Origin: Eutreptiella sp. 'Long Island Sound 2002'
Taxonomy: Eukaryota > Protista > Euglenida
Reading direction: 5' to 3'
DNA length: 64,000 nt
Assembly (NCBI GenBank): GCA_964036045.1
Contig: OZ038378.1
Span: 196,974,001 to 197,038,000, forward strand
Position numbers and translations under genes: made by a program. Below are positions 48,829 to 62,130 of this stretch, piece by piece. The notes beneath the pieces were generated by a model. That model was not told where the DNA came from, made no database searches, and was given only the letters and a program-made list of their open reading frames with translations. Each line of letters begins with the position of its first letter. Within the stretch, counting starts at the first letter, position 1.

Positions 48829-49263
48829 GTGACGCCCAATCATTTCAACAAGCTCCATAACCTTCGCTAACATACATCGCCTCTCTACGGCATTGTTCGC
48901 ACAGCAGCAATGTGTGTGTGTGTGTGTGTGTGTGTGACGCCCAATTCTTTCAAATCATGCTCAAACTGCGAGGTTCAACAATGATGCAACCAAACCATGA
49001 GTTCTTTTGTTCTGTTGCCCTGTCGCCGGGCTTCAAGAACTGGGTTGAGATGACATGCAACACGCAACAAGAGGGAGTGGGCCCGTGTTCCTACCGCGTC
49101 CCGCATCCCTGGTACGTGCTCCTGTGCTTCCCTGCGCGGAGGCCCCACTGGGCGAGTCCGTTGTGCTGTTGGCGGACGCGGGGGCGAAAAACCCTTCGCT
49201 AACATACATCGCCTCTCTACAGCATTGTTCGCACTGCAGCAATGTGTGTGTATGTGTGTGTGT
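48829..49263 (-). mobile_element. Two further (AC)n-tailed retroelement 3' ends, with an about 50-bp direct repeat flanking the second
   Basis: gacgcccaa termini at 48831 and 48936. cttcgctaacatacatcgcctctctac.gcattgttcgcac.gcagcaat occurs at about 48862 and 49195. Confidence 0.65.
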
Positions 49264-49670
49264 GATCTTGGGCCTTATCCAAAGCCTGTGATCCTCAACA
49301 CCAGAGAACATGACTGGGAGAAGTGGAAGGGGGGGCTGAGCCGTGAAGGTGAGGCTGCCATGACAGACCGACTCTGGGGTCGATGGGCCTTAGAGTGTCC
49401 ACAGCTTGCCAGAGGACTCAGAAATCTGGGGACACCAGCCAACTAGGATTCGGGGGTAGTGGTATACCCCATCATACCTGATTATACCAAATCATACTGG
49501 ATTATACCCGATCATTGAAGGAAAAAAAGGGGGGCAGGAGATTGGGTTCATGCACAAAGGCATAGGGAAAGCTGGGGAATATGGCCAGTGCACCTACAAG
49601 CACAATTTCAAGACAGTGTTGTTGGCTTCACTTGTCAAACTTTTTGCACCGTGCAGCCTGTGTGGCACAC

Positions 49671-49977
49671 CTCCGGTATCCCGTCATCTCCAAGAAGCAG
49701 GACGTTCGTTGCGATCCGCACGTCTTCGTCGCCGAGCCCCAGAGGATGGAAAGGTGTCGTGTGGCTGCTGCTGTAGAAGCGTTTCAGGAAAAAGTCCAGA
49801 TCCGCGTAGCTGCCGTGGAGATCCCCCAGCACCATCACTGGGGACTGGATGTGCAGCATGGGGTATGTGTCTCTGCCCAGAGCCTGCGCACTGGCGCGAC
49901 ACAAGGGCCCGATGCGGTTGTACAGCGCCTGTATTTCGTGATGCTCCCACCGGAACGCTGAGGAGGCCGGCGGGACC
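49671..49977 (-). CDS. PPP phosphatase exon (GDxHG)
   Basis: HEIQALYNRIGPLCRASAQAL...SPVMVLGDLHG. Acceptor acag|G is phase 2. Donor GAG|gtgtgc is phase 0. Confidence 0.85.
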
Positions 49978-50282
49978 CTGTCCCATCCCTAGGTGAAGAT
50001 GGGATAGTACAGCACAGATGAGGGTGAAAGGCCTTGAAGATCGCCGAGGCGATGGCAGTTAGCAATGGTACTCCCACTGGGGTTGTAAAAAGGGACAACT
50101 TACGCTTGCTGAACAGGTTTAACACACACACACACACACACCACACGTCCAGATGCACAATTCTCTTTGCAAACGGAACAAACGGATCCGTGGATACTAG
50201 CTATGAGTCAGCAGGATCCGTTTACGCCAACTCTGGAACTGAACCTGTGATCCATGTGGGACGACACTTATCTGTTCTCTAC

Positions 50283-50349
50283 CTGGATGCCACCGAGTTC
50301 AATGCATTGGTTACCAACAACACTATAATGCCTTCACGGCTAGCAATGG
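50283..50349 (-). CDS. Probable small exon of the PPP gene
   Basis: Long pyrimidine tract plus gcag|, donor CAG|gtagag, phase 1 to 2. It fits the neighbouring exons and reads IASREGIIVLLVTNALNSVAS. Confidence 0.5.
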
Positions 50350-52712
50350 CTGCAGCGAAACGGGAAGAGGAAGGCAAGGGAGAGGCAGTCGCGTCGTAAT
50401 AAACACCATGCAAATGTGAAGCGGGGCATTTCCTGAGTGAACACAGAAAGCCTCTGACAAGAGTGTCTGATTGAAAGGCCATGTGTGTCAAGGCAAACAG
50501 AGGATGCAGCTACAGGAAGAATGCAAAGGCACAGAGCAATTCATCCAAAGACCTTCGGCCAAACACCCAAAACAAACTGAATGTGCACGTTGCATGCAAT
50601 AAACGGAAATCGTTCTGCACCCTTTGCCATGCCTGGGCCAGGGTAAGGGTTACAGTCACTGAGCTGGTGGAACCAGGAAGATTTTTTAATCCTTTTTAGC
50701 GCGTAAAAAAAGGGGGGGGGGGTAAAGCTGCACCTTTTTGCAGCAATCCAGCGGCAGCAAGCAGCAAGCAAGCAGCATGCACGAAATGGTAAAAAAACAG
50801 AACTCCATCATGGTGGTTTGGATTCAGCCCAAATTTTGGTGGATAAAATCTATGAGTAGGAACGAAGATCTAAAAAAATTTGAGCAAAAAAACTCGGCCA
50901 GGGACAAGTAGAATAAGTGGCAGGCCTTGGTTACAAAATCTGCCAAAGTTGCCAAAGGAAACCTATGTTTCAAATGTTTTGGGTGCCGAGGATATTCATT
51001 GAGGGGGTAGAAACGATTACCAATGTAAAGAAGCATTCTTGCCTCCGATTGAGCATCCTTTTGACCCGATTGGCACCCTTGAAACCTATACTTTGCCCCC
51101 AAAATAGCCCAAAATGAACCCAAATGACTGGTTTTTCAGGGTTGGGCTGCTTTGGACTTCTTTGGAGTGGGTATTTTGCTTCAAGGGGGGTCATGGTGAT
51201 GAACGTTGAAGAGTCATGGTTCGTCTCTGCCACTCTCATTGTTAATGGTACAATTGGCATGAACCATAGTTGTGCAGCGGACGGCAAATGGTTTCCACAA
51301 GAAGCGCCAGTGTGGCACTCCCTGTGTAGTGTGCCAATTCCCGATGCCAATGGCATGTTGAAAAGTGTTTGTGGTGTGGTTTCCACACATTGTCTCAACA
51401 ACGGCCATGGGCAAGGGTCACGGGACTCCACTATCGGAGCCATATTCCAATCGCTCCAGTCTTTGGACCCCTATCGCTCCGTGCCTCGGTTATGACATTG
51501 TCACTTCTACGTAGTCCAAGTTGCTATACCATGGACAGATTGCCATAGTTGTGCCAAGTATGGTCCGCTAGAGGTACCATAACTGGCAGCCTAATCTTGC
51601 ATTCCACATCGGCGAAGAATCTTGAGTACTCTGCCCATCCTCCAGGGGAAGCTACCCGGCTACCAAGGCCACGTGTGGCCTTATCAAATAGGACTTGGGA
51701 CATCGCATATAGCCCGCGTCAATAATGATATAGTTGTGGCCCGTTGTTGTGCTTGAAATTTGGATGTGTGACTTCTTTGTGGTGGTCAGGGGTCAAGCCA
51801 AATAATTCAATGGTGGCCATGCTAATCATTCCAACAAAAAAATAAGACAAAAAATTGTGTGGCTGCTACCGGGTTGCCGGCTCCCGTTGTAGTTGGCAAT
51901 GTGAAACTCTTCAACATTGTTGTAGATAGCAGTGTGGAGGAGCAACTCGTTGCGAACGCCATTAGGGACAGCGGTGAGGAACCAACTAGGTAAATCCAAG
52001 GAATGTGTACAGGCGAGCCATTTAGTCCAATTTGCGACTGGCTATGTGGGGCTAAATGGCACCTACGGGTGAACGGAGTGGCCGTTCATGTAAAATGTTC
52101 TTGCATATTCCGGGCCTTTAGCCCCTAGTGGGGGGGTCGGGTTGGATGCGGGCGGGGGGGGGGGGGCAGAGTTATCATGTACTTGAACTATTAAACGTGG
52201 CTACATTTTGCTTTTAGTTAGGTATGCAAGAGGCTTGTAGTGTGCATCATGCACATTCAAACCACCACAGAGGATGAAAAACATCATCTCACCTTTCACC
52301 ACCATGCAACCCCTTTGGTACCTTCAATGATCGTGTTTTGGCCTAGGACGGCCGAAAGTGACCCAAAATAATCCAATGGGGGGAAAGATCAATTTTTCTG
52401 GGGTGGGCTGCGTTTTGCTGCTTTGCAAGCCAAAAAATGCCTATACAGGCCTCATGTTGATGAAGGATGGCGTTTCATTGTGTTTGCAAGCCTCCTCCAC
52501 ACAGGGAAGACACTTCAATAGGCCAATGGCACAAGAAACTGGAAGACCGCTAGGCGCATACTAGGGTGGGGTTATGAGGGGGGGGTATGACCTAAATTAA
52601 GTGAGAGATATTGAACTAAAAAGAGAGAGAATCAGAAACAGAGCAGCAAAACAGACAGAGGTAATGCACTCCTCAGCATGGCATAAGTGCATCTTTATTC
52701 TGTATGCCATAC

Positions 52713-52783
52713 CTGGTTGAACCTCAGTAAAACAGGCAGTACAGACATCAGACCAGGCGTCCCTGGTCGTCACAACAGCTGAC
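52713..52783 (-). CDS. Probable small exon of the PPP gene
   Basis: tacag| ... CAG|gtatgg, 71 nt, phase 2 to 1, compatible with 50349. Confidence 0.4.
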
Positions 52784-53559
52784 CTGTACATTCAGTGCAG
52801 TAGTGCAAATAATGGAAAATGGCAGAAGACAGAGAAACACAGAGGGGCTCTGAAAACATCAGATGGAATCGTTCAAGTGTTCGGTAACAACAAAGGAAGG
52901 GTTATGAAGGAGGGGTTATGAGGGGGGGGGGGGGGCACCAAGAGCCCAAGAATGGTTTAAAAATGAGTTTTTCCAAAAATGATTGAACACCATCCAGGAT
53001 GGTAAAATGGTGGTTTTGGGCCATCATTAGCCACTTTTGGTCCAAAGATGTACTTGTGATGCCCCCCAATGCATTGAAAAGGGCATCTTGGCCTTAAATA
53101 AGTCACACATGGCTAAAACTGACTTTGTGGAAAAGGGTTCAAGAACCTTCGAGAAAAATCAAAGTGGTGCTTTTGGGCCACGAGGACCCAAGTTGTCTAC
53201 TTTTGTGTGCCCACAAAGGTCCAAAAAAAACTCTTCAAAGGGCCAGTGGCATTGCAAACTAAGCATGTGCTAAGAGCTACCAGGGGTCACCCCGGGTCAA
53301 AAATTGGCGAGAAAATGTTTGTTTTAAAACTGATCACGGACCACCTATGACAATGCTTAGTGAGTTCTTGACAGTCAAAATTGTGTGAATGAACTGCAGA
53401 CACCCATTGTTGGACCACGTGCTTCCGGAAAATTTCTAAATACTGTGCATTTTGAGAGTAACAATTGGTCAAGTACGGGTGGGAAAAGACCTCTTTCAAA
53501 CTTGATCAAGGACCATCAAGGACACAGCGCACCACACACACACACACGATGAACGCAGA

Positions 53560-53866
53560 CGAACAGGCGTGATCAAGCAGAGCACCGCACTGGACGTTAA
53601 CGAATCTCGTCGGGCCGAAAAACAGTAGAAGAAGGAATGAAAGAGCATGTCGGCTAGGCGCCTTTCTGCAGTACAGGGTGAGAGGAAGTGGCACATCCTG
53701 TTCCCGGATCACGACCGTCTCCAGCCCTCGGCAGCCGCGCAGAGCGCTAAGCCAAGGGCCTGTAAAGGGCAAAAGCAGGAGTTACTTATGCACAGAAGCC
53801 GGTTGCGGGAATGTTTCAGAACCCTCACCTCAGTACCCTGCACTAGGACGATTCGGATGCTGTCTC
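53560..53866 (-). CDS. Possible exon(s) of the PPP gene; boundaries uncertain
   Basis: Candidate exon 53866-53837 and an exon from acceptor ctttacag| at 53759 (GPWLSALRGCRGLETVVIREQD). The downstream donor is not resolved. Confidence 0.3.
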
Positions 53867-54067
53867 CTGGAGGTACCCCCCGTTACCGGGGGGCCACACA
53901 CACACATGCTGCCCCGGGGCAGCACTTTGCACGGATACGTTCCAAGGCCCGCCAGTCGTAGTTCCAAATTACCTCATATGCGTGCAGCCCTGGGCACCCC
54001 CTTGGGGCCCACGATGTGTACCTTTCCCCCTCCCAGTGTGCAAACTGTTTCAAATATTTCTGCAGAC

Positions 54068-54095
54068 CACCACACACACACACACACACACACTT

Positions 54096-54135
<40 letters not shown>
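54068..54135. repeat. Compound (CA)n/(GA)n microsatellite
   Basis: Read directly. Confidence 0.95.
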
Positions 54136-54139
<4 letters not shown>

Positions 54140-56177
54140 CACATAATGCCCTCAATGTAGCATGTACAGTGTGCCATGTGCTAAATGTTGCTATATGCTG
54201 ACTAGGTGTGTATTTCTATATACATGCCTTAAATGGTGAATACCTGGGCAGGAACACAACTCTTGCCACCATTCGACCATTTTCTCTTCCTCACACTAAA
54301 TTAATGTCTCAAAGGGTATCTTTGTATACATGCCTTAAATTGTGAACACCCAGGCAGGAACACAACTCTTGCCACCATTCCATCGTTTTCTCTTCCTCAC
54401 AGTGAATTAACGTCTCAGAGGCCCCCACTCCCATACAACATGCCTCGTGTGCTATGCACTGTATGGTTTGCCAATTGCACAACAGTCATAGGGTGTTGGC
54501 AGGGTGCAAGCCCTTCAGAAGGTTTCAAAGCGGTGGTATGCACATTTTTCAAGCGGGCTGATATTTTTGTAATGCTAGCACATTACTTCATGCCATTTAC
54601 GCATGGGCAATAGCTACCGCCCCCCCCGTTTGTAATAGCTACGCCAAAGTACAGAACTAATACGGTCCCTACGCCTACTGTAGCTTAGGCAAGGGCGTGG
54701 CTTGCGCATGACACATACAACAACCGACACACACCTGAGTGAGTGCATGGTATGAGTGCACCTTAACCTCCGCCCACATTCCCAAAGGCATTGAAACACA
54801 AGAAAGTGTTTGAGACATGAATTTTCAGGTTCATACCCAAGTTCCTACAAGCAATGAGGCATGAGAAGGCGACAAATGTTCGGATTGGAAACCCTTCTTG
54901 CGATCATATACCATGCGGAACAACTGCACATGCTCACCACTTGAAGATGCCTTTGAAGATGCCTTTGCCCGAGGTTTAGGGGCTGATTTTGGCTCGGGCA
55001 ACTTCAAATTCTTGGGAATGAAATTGTCTTGCATGTGGTCTCTTGTAAAGTACAACTTCCCATCAAAGACATGGGCCATTCCCCACACACCTCGGGCAGC
55101 CTTAGCCCAAATAACTTCATTGGGATTATTATTGGAGTCACTAGAATCATTACTTGAGGAAGAGAGGTCAGAAATGGGTTTATCCTCATCAGTGTCCGTC
55201 CCCGAATCAGAATCAGTCACCAAACTCATGTGTTATGCGGCTGCACTACATTTGTACCGAATTAAAATTAGGTACCAAATTAATACGGGCCCTACGCCTA
55301 CTGTAGCTTGGACAAGGGCGTAGCTATTACAAGGGGGGGGGGGTAGTGTTCAACTTATTCCATCGTGCACAAAAGCACACTGCATCATGCATTACACACT
55401 TCATACACTGCACATCTTGCACTCGAGCAATCTACACTCCACACACTCTGAATACCACACTACACAACTACTCACAACTTGATACTCTGTACACACTCTA
55501 TAGTCTATGCATTGCACAGTGCACATTTTCCACATGGCACACTATGCACAAGATGCACAACGACCCAACTCAGCAAGGGACGACCTTGAGTCGATGTTGA
55601 GCCAAAGTGGAAGACCGGAACCATTGGACAAGGAAATGGCCCACATGGTCACATGAGCCCACCAAGGCTAACCAGTTCCTTGGACAGCTCACGGACATTC
55701 AACATACAAACAAACTTGTGTGGAAAAGGGCATTCTAAAAAAAGTTCTAAAGGCGATTTGTTCTAACTTCTAACCTCTAAAATGCGTGTTTTTGTTTTAG
55801 AATTCTAATTAGAACGAAACTACCCGTTCTAGCAGGTCTCCAGGGTATGCACAAAGGTGCTTTTCAAGGTTGATTTAGCATTATTTTGGGCCAAAAGGAG
55901 GTTCAGCACATCCCTTGGCTGCAAAACCCACTAGACAGCGATCTTAGGTGTTCGCTCATTATCTAGGTTGGTTCCGATACCAATGGTGCCCTCCAAGGAC
56001 ATGCTAGGCACCCAAACTGCCCAAAAAGGGGCACTTTTAGGCTATTTTTGACATATTTTGAAACCCGGATTGCAGCCAGGTTGCACACCACTGGGTCGCG
56101 AGCTGACTCCCAGCAATGTTTGTAACACCCTCCACCGCATGGCGTGCAGCAGTACATGTATCACAGCAGTACAATAC

Positions 56178-57800
56178 CTTCTGTATCATGTCTATGACAG
56201 ACTCAGCTAAAGCCTTGGCATCGGCAGTGTCCGTCTGCCCTAGCTCCGGTGTGGCTGGTCCACCAGGGAGCCCCTCTGGACTCGAGAACTTGCGGGTCGC
56301 TGGGTCCTGTGTCACGGGACGCGCAATGCGCTGCGGCAGACTGAAACGGCGCTCACCCAATACCGGAACACCCTCGGATTCTGCCGGGGCAGGGCCGGTC
56401 TGCAGCATGGGCGCGCTTTGTCTCCGGACCAGCGGCTCGGCCTTAGGGTCAGGGTCCAGTGTACCTGGCCCTGCCGTGGGAGCCATGTGGTAACCTGCTG
56501 CTGGGACCGTTGCAGGTCCGGCAGGGCTGGTCTGCAGCATGGGTGCGCTTTGTCGCCGGAGCAGCCGCTTGGCCTCAGGGTCAGGGTCCAGTGTACCTGG
56601 CCCTGCCGCAGGAGTCACGTGGGAACCTGCTGCCTGGACTGTTGCAGGTCCAGCAGCTGCAGTGGAGCGGGCCTCCACTGCCAGGACCACGCCAGGTTTG
56701 GGGCTCTGCGCAGGAACCGACCGATTTGATGCTGCTCTAGCGGGGTTGTGTGAGAAATTTGGCTGGGGACCTGACGGTGTCCCGCTTGGGGTCACGGGCG
56801 TTGAGGGCGAGTCGGGGCTCTTGGGGCTGCCTGACAACGACGCACCCAGCGCGGTACCCGACGGCCAGCGAAGTTTTGAGACCAGCAAGGGACGAACCCC
56901 GGTTAACGCATGGGTGGGACTTGCATGGCCGTTGTAGAGCGGTGTGGGGCGCCGCTCTTGGGACATTGCCGGGGTGTTGCTGCTGCCACCCGTGGCCAGA
57001 TGCAGCGTGGGGCTGCCGGTTGCCGAACGGGTGGCTGATTGAGGTATGCTGGGGCTGCCCGTGGCCGGACGCACAGCTGCTGGGGGTGTGCCAGGACTGC
57101 CTGTGGATGGACGCACAGCTGCTGTAGGTGTGCCAGAACTGCCTGTGGATGGGCGGGCGGCTGCTGTAGGTGTGCCAGGACTGCCTGTGGATGGACGCAC
57201 AGCTGCTGTAGGTGTGCCAGGACTGCCTGTGGATTGGCGGGTGGCTGCTGTGGGTGTCCCAGGACTGCCTGTGCATGGACGCACAGCTGCCGTAGGTGTG
57301 CCAGGACTGCCTGTGGATGGGCGGGCGGCTGAAATGACAGTGATGGGACTGCCGGTGGATGGACGAAAACTGGGGCTGCTGTTGGTTGGATGAGATGGCG
57401 TGCTGGGGCGGCGTGCTGGGGGTTGGGACATATAACCGCCGGTCAACCGTGCGTCAGACAGGGACATGGACCGAGTCCGGTGGGGGCCTCGTCCAACAGG
57501 CAAAGCCGCATTGGCGGCGCTGGAGTCGGACATGGAAAGGGATCGGCCACGGAGCTGCTCAGCAGGACTAGGCCTGCGGATTGTTGGGGCAACGTTGCCC
57601 CCATTCACTTGGGTGTTGGATTGGGAGAAGGGTTTGAACTTGGGGCCCCCAGAGCCCAATGCAGTGGCGTCAGGTGATGGAGTCTCAATGGCACTGGGCC
57701 CAAATGTTGCCACGCGCCGGAGGCCCTGGGTGGTGTCCAGTGCCAAGTTGTCCTGGAACACACTGGGCTGTTGCATGACACGGCAGTGCAGCACCAGCAA
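56178..57800 (-). CDS. Large Ser/Pro/Thr-rich disordered exon, probably the N-terminal region of the PPP gene
   Basis: More than 530 stop-free codons with in-frame 39-bp and 132-bp repeats. Donor AAG|gtattg at 56178. The link to the phosphatase is inferred from strand and position; the start is uncertain. Confidence 0.7.
57085..57335. repeat. 39-bp coding tandem repeat (RPSTGSPGTPTAAV), about 6 copies
   Basis: Unit gtgtgccaggactgcctgtggatggacgcacagctgctg. Confidence 0.9.
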
Positions 57801-58939
57801 GGCTTCAGCAGCTCATTTTGCACAAGACCTGTCCTTAAAGTGATAATGGTCACGGTCTGCAGCCCTGATATGTCCTCAGTATAAATCAGAACAACGTCTG
57901 CACCTTGCACACACCAACACTCAACAAGCCCTATTGCAGCTGTCTTAAGATGGTATCTCTGGAATAATGCAGCCCAGATTTTCGCTCTTCAAAGGCATAT
58001 GGCACATAGCTATAGGCTACTGCATGCAGGTGCACACGCATGTGTGTGTCCCCTCCCCCGCCCGACCCACTACATGGAATTGCCAAAAAGGTACCACTGT
58101 TGTACCACACTATATGGGATCACACTGTCAACCTGGTAATGTACAAGTCTGGCTTTTGAAAAGGCCAAAGACTGTCAGAAGACTGAACTCTCGTCAGGTG
58201 GCTCCGGGCACAAGTCACATGCAAATAGAAAGCACAAGACAAATGCCACTAGCTGCGCGACTTTCTGAAATGAGAGTTGGGACAAAAATTGGGGTGTTCC
58301 ACACACACTTTTTTGTCCGCTTGTGTTCCTCTCCTGGCACTGATTGCACTTTGGATGTAGCCTTAGCTATATGTCATATGTGTGCACGTTTCGGCAAAAA
58401 ACACATCCCTTCCCGTGTGATCACATCCATGCCACATAACACCCCCACCAACTGGTGGGGGTGTTTGGGGTTACAGGCCCCATTTCTCTACATCTTTACG
58501 TATAACGGGCCTCCACCACTGGTTAGGGTAGTGCATGGTCACCATCAGTCATTCCACATCCTGTACATTTTGTGCTGCTGCCTGTTTGGACAATCTGTAG
58601 TGTGCACACGCCTGTATCTCGTTGGGTATGTGTGATGTTACCCTTTGGCATTGGGTGCATGAGGAGCAATCATGCGGCATAGGGTAACGGAGTGTCATTA
58701 CCTTTGAGTTGAGCTTGTTGGATACCAAATAGCACCTGGGAGTGCAGATCTAGGCCATGGGAGTGCAGATCTAGGCCAGAGGCCTTTGCCAAGAGGCATG
58801 GGTGGCACCACTGTATGGGGTAACCTCTCTTCACCAACACTTGGACTTGCTTACGTTTTCAGCAAACGAGTGTGTGCATGGGCAAACCGGTGCTATGCAC
58901 ATTTTTTCTATCTTTCATAGACTTAGGTACAAAGGACTT

Positions 58940-60462
58940 TCTGCAATAGTCAAACACACAAACAAGCAAACAAATCCTCAGATTATCATTGGGCTGTGAT
59001 AGCAAAGCACTGCAAATTTGGTATAGAGCAGAGAGTAACAATTCGGGTTACAACAGTCTATCATGCGCACGTCTGCTGCGGGATTGGAGCCAACACGGTA
59101 GTCTGAGCAGTAGAGCCAGTGTCACTATGATCAAAGTCCACAAGTGGTTTGTGCTCGTGGCACCCTTTAGGGTGCCATAGACTCTTGATAGCACCCAATT
59201 GTACAAAGGGGGGTTTTCACTTGAACTCTCATGCACCATGGAAATGCAAAACATGGATGACATCATCCCTTGGGTTGTACACGTCAACACTCTTGCCCAG
59301 GACTGGACGCTACGGCGGCCACAGGGACACCGCACCCACCAGTACGTTAAGTTTTTTGAGGTGGATGTCAAGCAAATGTTTCCCCGTCTGCGCCGCGGTA
59401 ATCCCTCCTACACCCTTGATACTGTACACCAATGCCCACCTGAAAAAATCGGAGTCTGGGAAGCAATTCTACTGATGGTAAAATGGGTTGCGGCTGCAAC
59501 CCACACCCGACTCTCGGCACGGGGCCTCTGGTTCGGCATCCACGAAAACAAACACATGGATGTCATGCGGAAAGCGTACGGGGAGCAGTTTGAAAACCTC
59601 TCCTGGGACCACATCGCCCCTTATATCAAATTTGAGCTCTTTGCTAATGACGTGTTCACACTGGGTACACGCGTGATGCAGCAACTCCTGGGGGTTGCTA
59701 TTGGAGGCGTGCTGTCCTCCCAGTTCGCCACCATATACTGCATGACACGTGAACACCTGTGGGCGAAATCCCGCCAGTTCCAGGTTCCCTGGTCCCGGTC
59801 TAATCCTGACAGGCGCCCGCTGCATGGGTACCAACGCGCCACCTTTTCGCTACAGGGACAACTGTGGGGGACTGTGTGCAGGTAACCGATCAGTCACAAG
59901 AATCCAACAGTACTTCACAAAGGTCCTGAACCTCGAACTCCAGTTTGAGGGGGCGGGGCAAACGTGGACCGTCCTCATGGCACACCTCACCCTGCACCCA
60001 TCTACATCCCAAATTTCCTTGTCCTTTAAGAAAAAGGTAAACTGGCAGGACCCCGCAGAGAAACGGCTTGTACGCTATCCAGACCGACACTCACCAAATG
60101 CCAAGACAGTGGTTCAGGGTTTCACACCCAACAGTGCGCGCAATTGTGTAAAATATGCCATCCCTCCCTCCATAGTATCCCAAAACTTGGCGGAAATGAT
60201 ACATGAAATGCACTTCAAAGGCTACCCCTCATCCTGGTGGGCACCAACCATCCGCAAAACTCTGCTTGACCCGTTGCTCCCCACTTGGGCGCCCAATTGG
60301 CAGGGACCCACGGATCGAAGGTCGCTACTTGTTTTCCTTAAACCCCAAGGAGATCGATCCACACAACCCACCTCCGGGTGGGTTGTCATGGCCATGATAT
60401 GTTTTTGCGTGTTCTCTTCACATAATGCTTACGTGTTGCTAACGGAATTCTCCCAAGCATAG
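58940..60462 (+). mobile_element. Penelope-like element RT (frameshifted), catalytic motif YRDN
   Basis: IVKHTNK (58946), KVHK (59133-59144), EVDVKQMFPRL, QLLGVAIGGVLSSQFATIY, FRYRDN (YRDN 59851-59862), thumb ...HFKGYP. Frameshift at about 59790-59840. Confidence 0.7.
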
Positions 60463-62130
60463 CATCTATGTGACCTACGCCTCGTGAATGAATTGTTGAA
60501 CACTTGTTAAGGTCGAAAGACGCTTGATCACTCTCTCTCTGCAGTCTATGGGCACAAGCCACTTTTGTTGTTTTATGCTTGTTTGCATGCCCCACTGACG
60601 AGCCCTTGCAAGTGACTTCACGAGAATTCATTAATAAGAATGATTTCTTCAAAATATACACAGGCTTCCCACATTTGGGCAGGATTTTTCTCCAGTGCCA
60701 TGCAATAACCAAGAATTTGGTTGTTTGCTTTACACTCCATGTTGCCAGCATACATGCATGTCATGCATGCCATGTCATGTCTATATACTCAAGGGTTGTG
60801 GGCAAGCCATGCGGCATGCACCGTAAGGCGCGTGGCTCGCAAATGGATTGCGAGGCGGGTACTCCTCCTCGACAAAACCTCAGGTGAATGTGAACCCCGC
60901 CCATCCCAACGACGTCTAACCAAAATGTTCCTTTTCTACCTCGAGGGAACCTGACACCCATACCATGGGGGGGGGGGATATACGTTATGGGTCCCAAATC
61001 CCGGCAAGCAAGATGAACCACTCGCATTTTGAGTGCACAAACAGGTAATATCTAGCACCCTTGAGTAACATGTGACACATGTGCACAAACAAAAGTAGGG
61101 AACACAAAAAATGACGACGCAAGGAAGCAAGGCTGGCTACGTTTGGTCACACACCCGAAACATAGGTGCCCCCGACAACCATCCCATGCACCAAGGTAAA
61201 TGAAAGCGGTCCACAAACATTGTTTGCCGCTTGTAGCGGCGGAGATATCCGTACTGACCACAAGCCGCTTGCTCCAAAAAAGGATCAATCTCATGATCAA
61301 TCCCTCAGTAAGCGGAGTCATGACACTCATATTTATCCCACATGGTCAACCTTGAAAGAAAGTGCACTTGGTGTTGAGTTATGCAGGCACAAAGCAAAAA
61401 ACGATCCACGGAAGCATCGGCCAAAAAAAAAAACGGTCCACACATGCATCTTAGAAAAATTGTTTGAAGTGCATCCAGTGTTGTGGTGTGATCCACAATC
61501 AGCGCCAATCCTACGGGGGGGGGGTTCTAGGACCTCCGATCCGCAGTGGATCGGATGCATCGTCCCCATAGCCTAAATCAAAACAAGGGAACGACACATG
61601 GGTTTGTATGAAAAGGACCCCCGTCCGTGTTGTTTGGGATCAAGCATGGTGTATCTGATGTTGTGGGCACCTTCCCTGAGTGGGTGAACTTGCTGTAGTT
61701 GGCTCTCATGGACCAGCTCTTATTGATATTAAACAATTCTGCAACAGCTTGTTCTGCTCAAAAATTGTGGGAAAAGTGTTGTGGATCACCCTGGGGCTTG
61801 CACACTCAGACAAAATCCACCATGCTTGGCTCAACGCACACATGGCCACATGCACATCCAATCTCAAAAGGTCACATTGCTAAACTTGGTGCTCTCAGCA
61901 CAAGCACAAGCCCAAAGATGCACTAAGTGTGGCCACCTTTGGTTTGACAAAGGGCACGGTGAGGCACACAAGAAAGGCTGCTCACAAGCTACTGGGCCTA
62001 GCGGACCATGAAGGACGTCTAGCAAGTGCTATGGCGCCCTAGGCAATAGCAACCGTGCAAGAAGGGCAGCATTCATGTGGTCAACAACGTCACATTTCGT
62101 ATTGCTAGGAGACAAAGACTTTTTCTAGCA

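Noticed and set aside
51100-52100. Decayed retroelement RNase H region
   Set aside because: No motif convincing enough to annotate.
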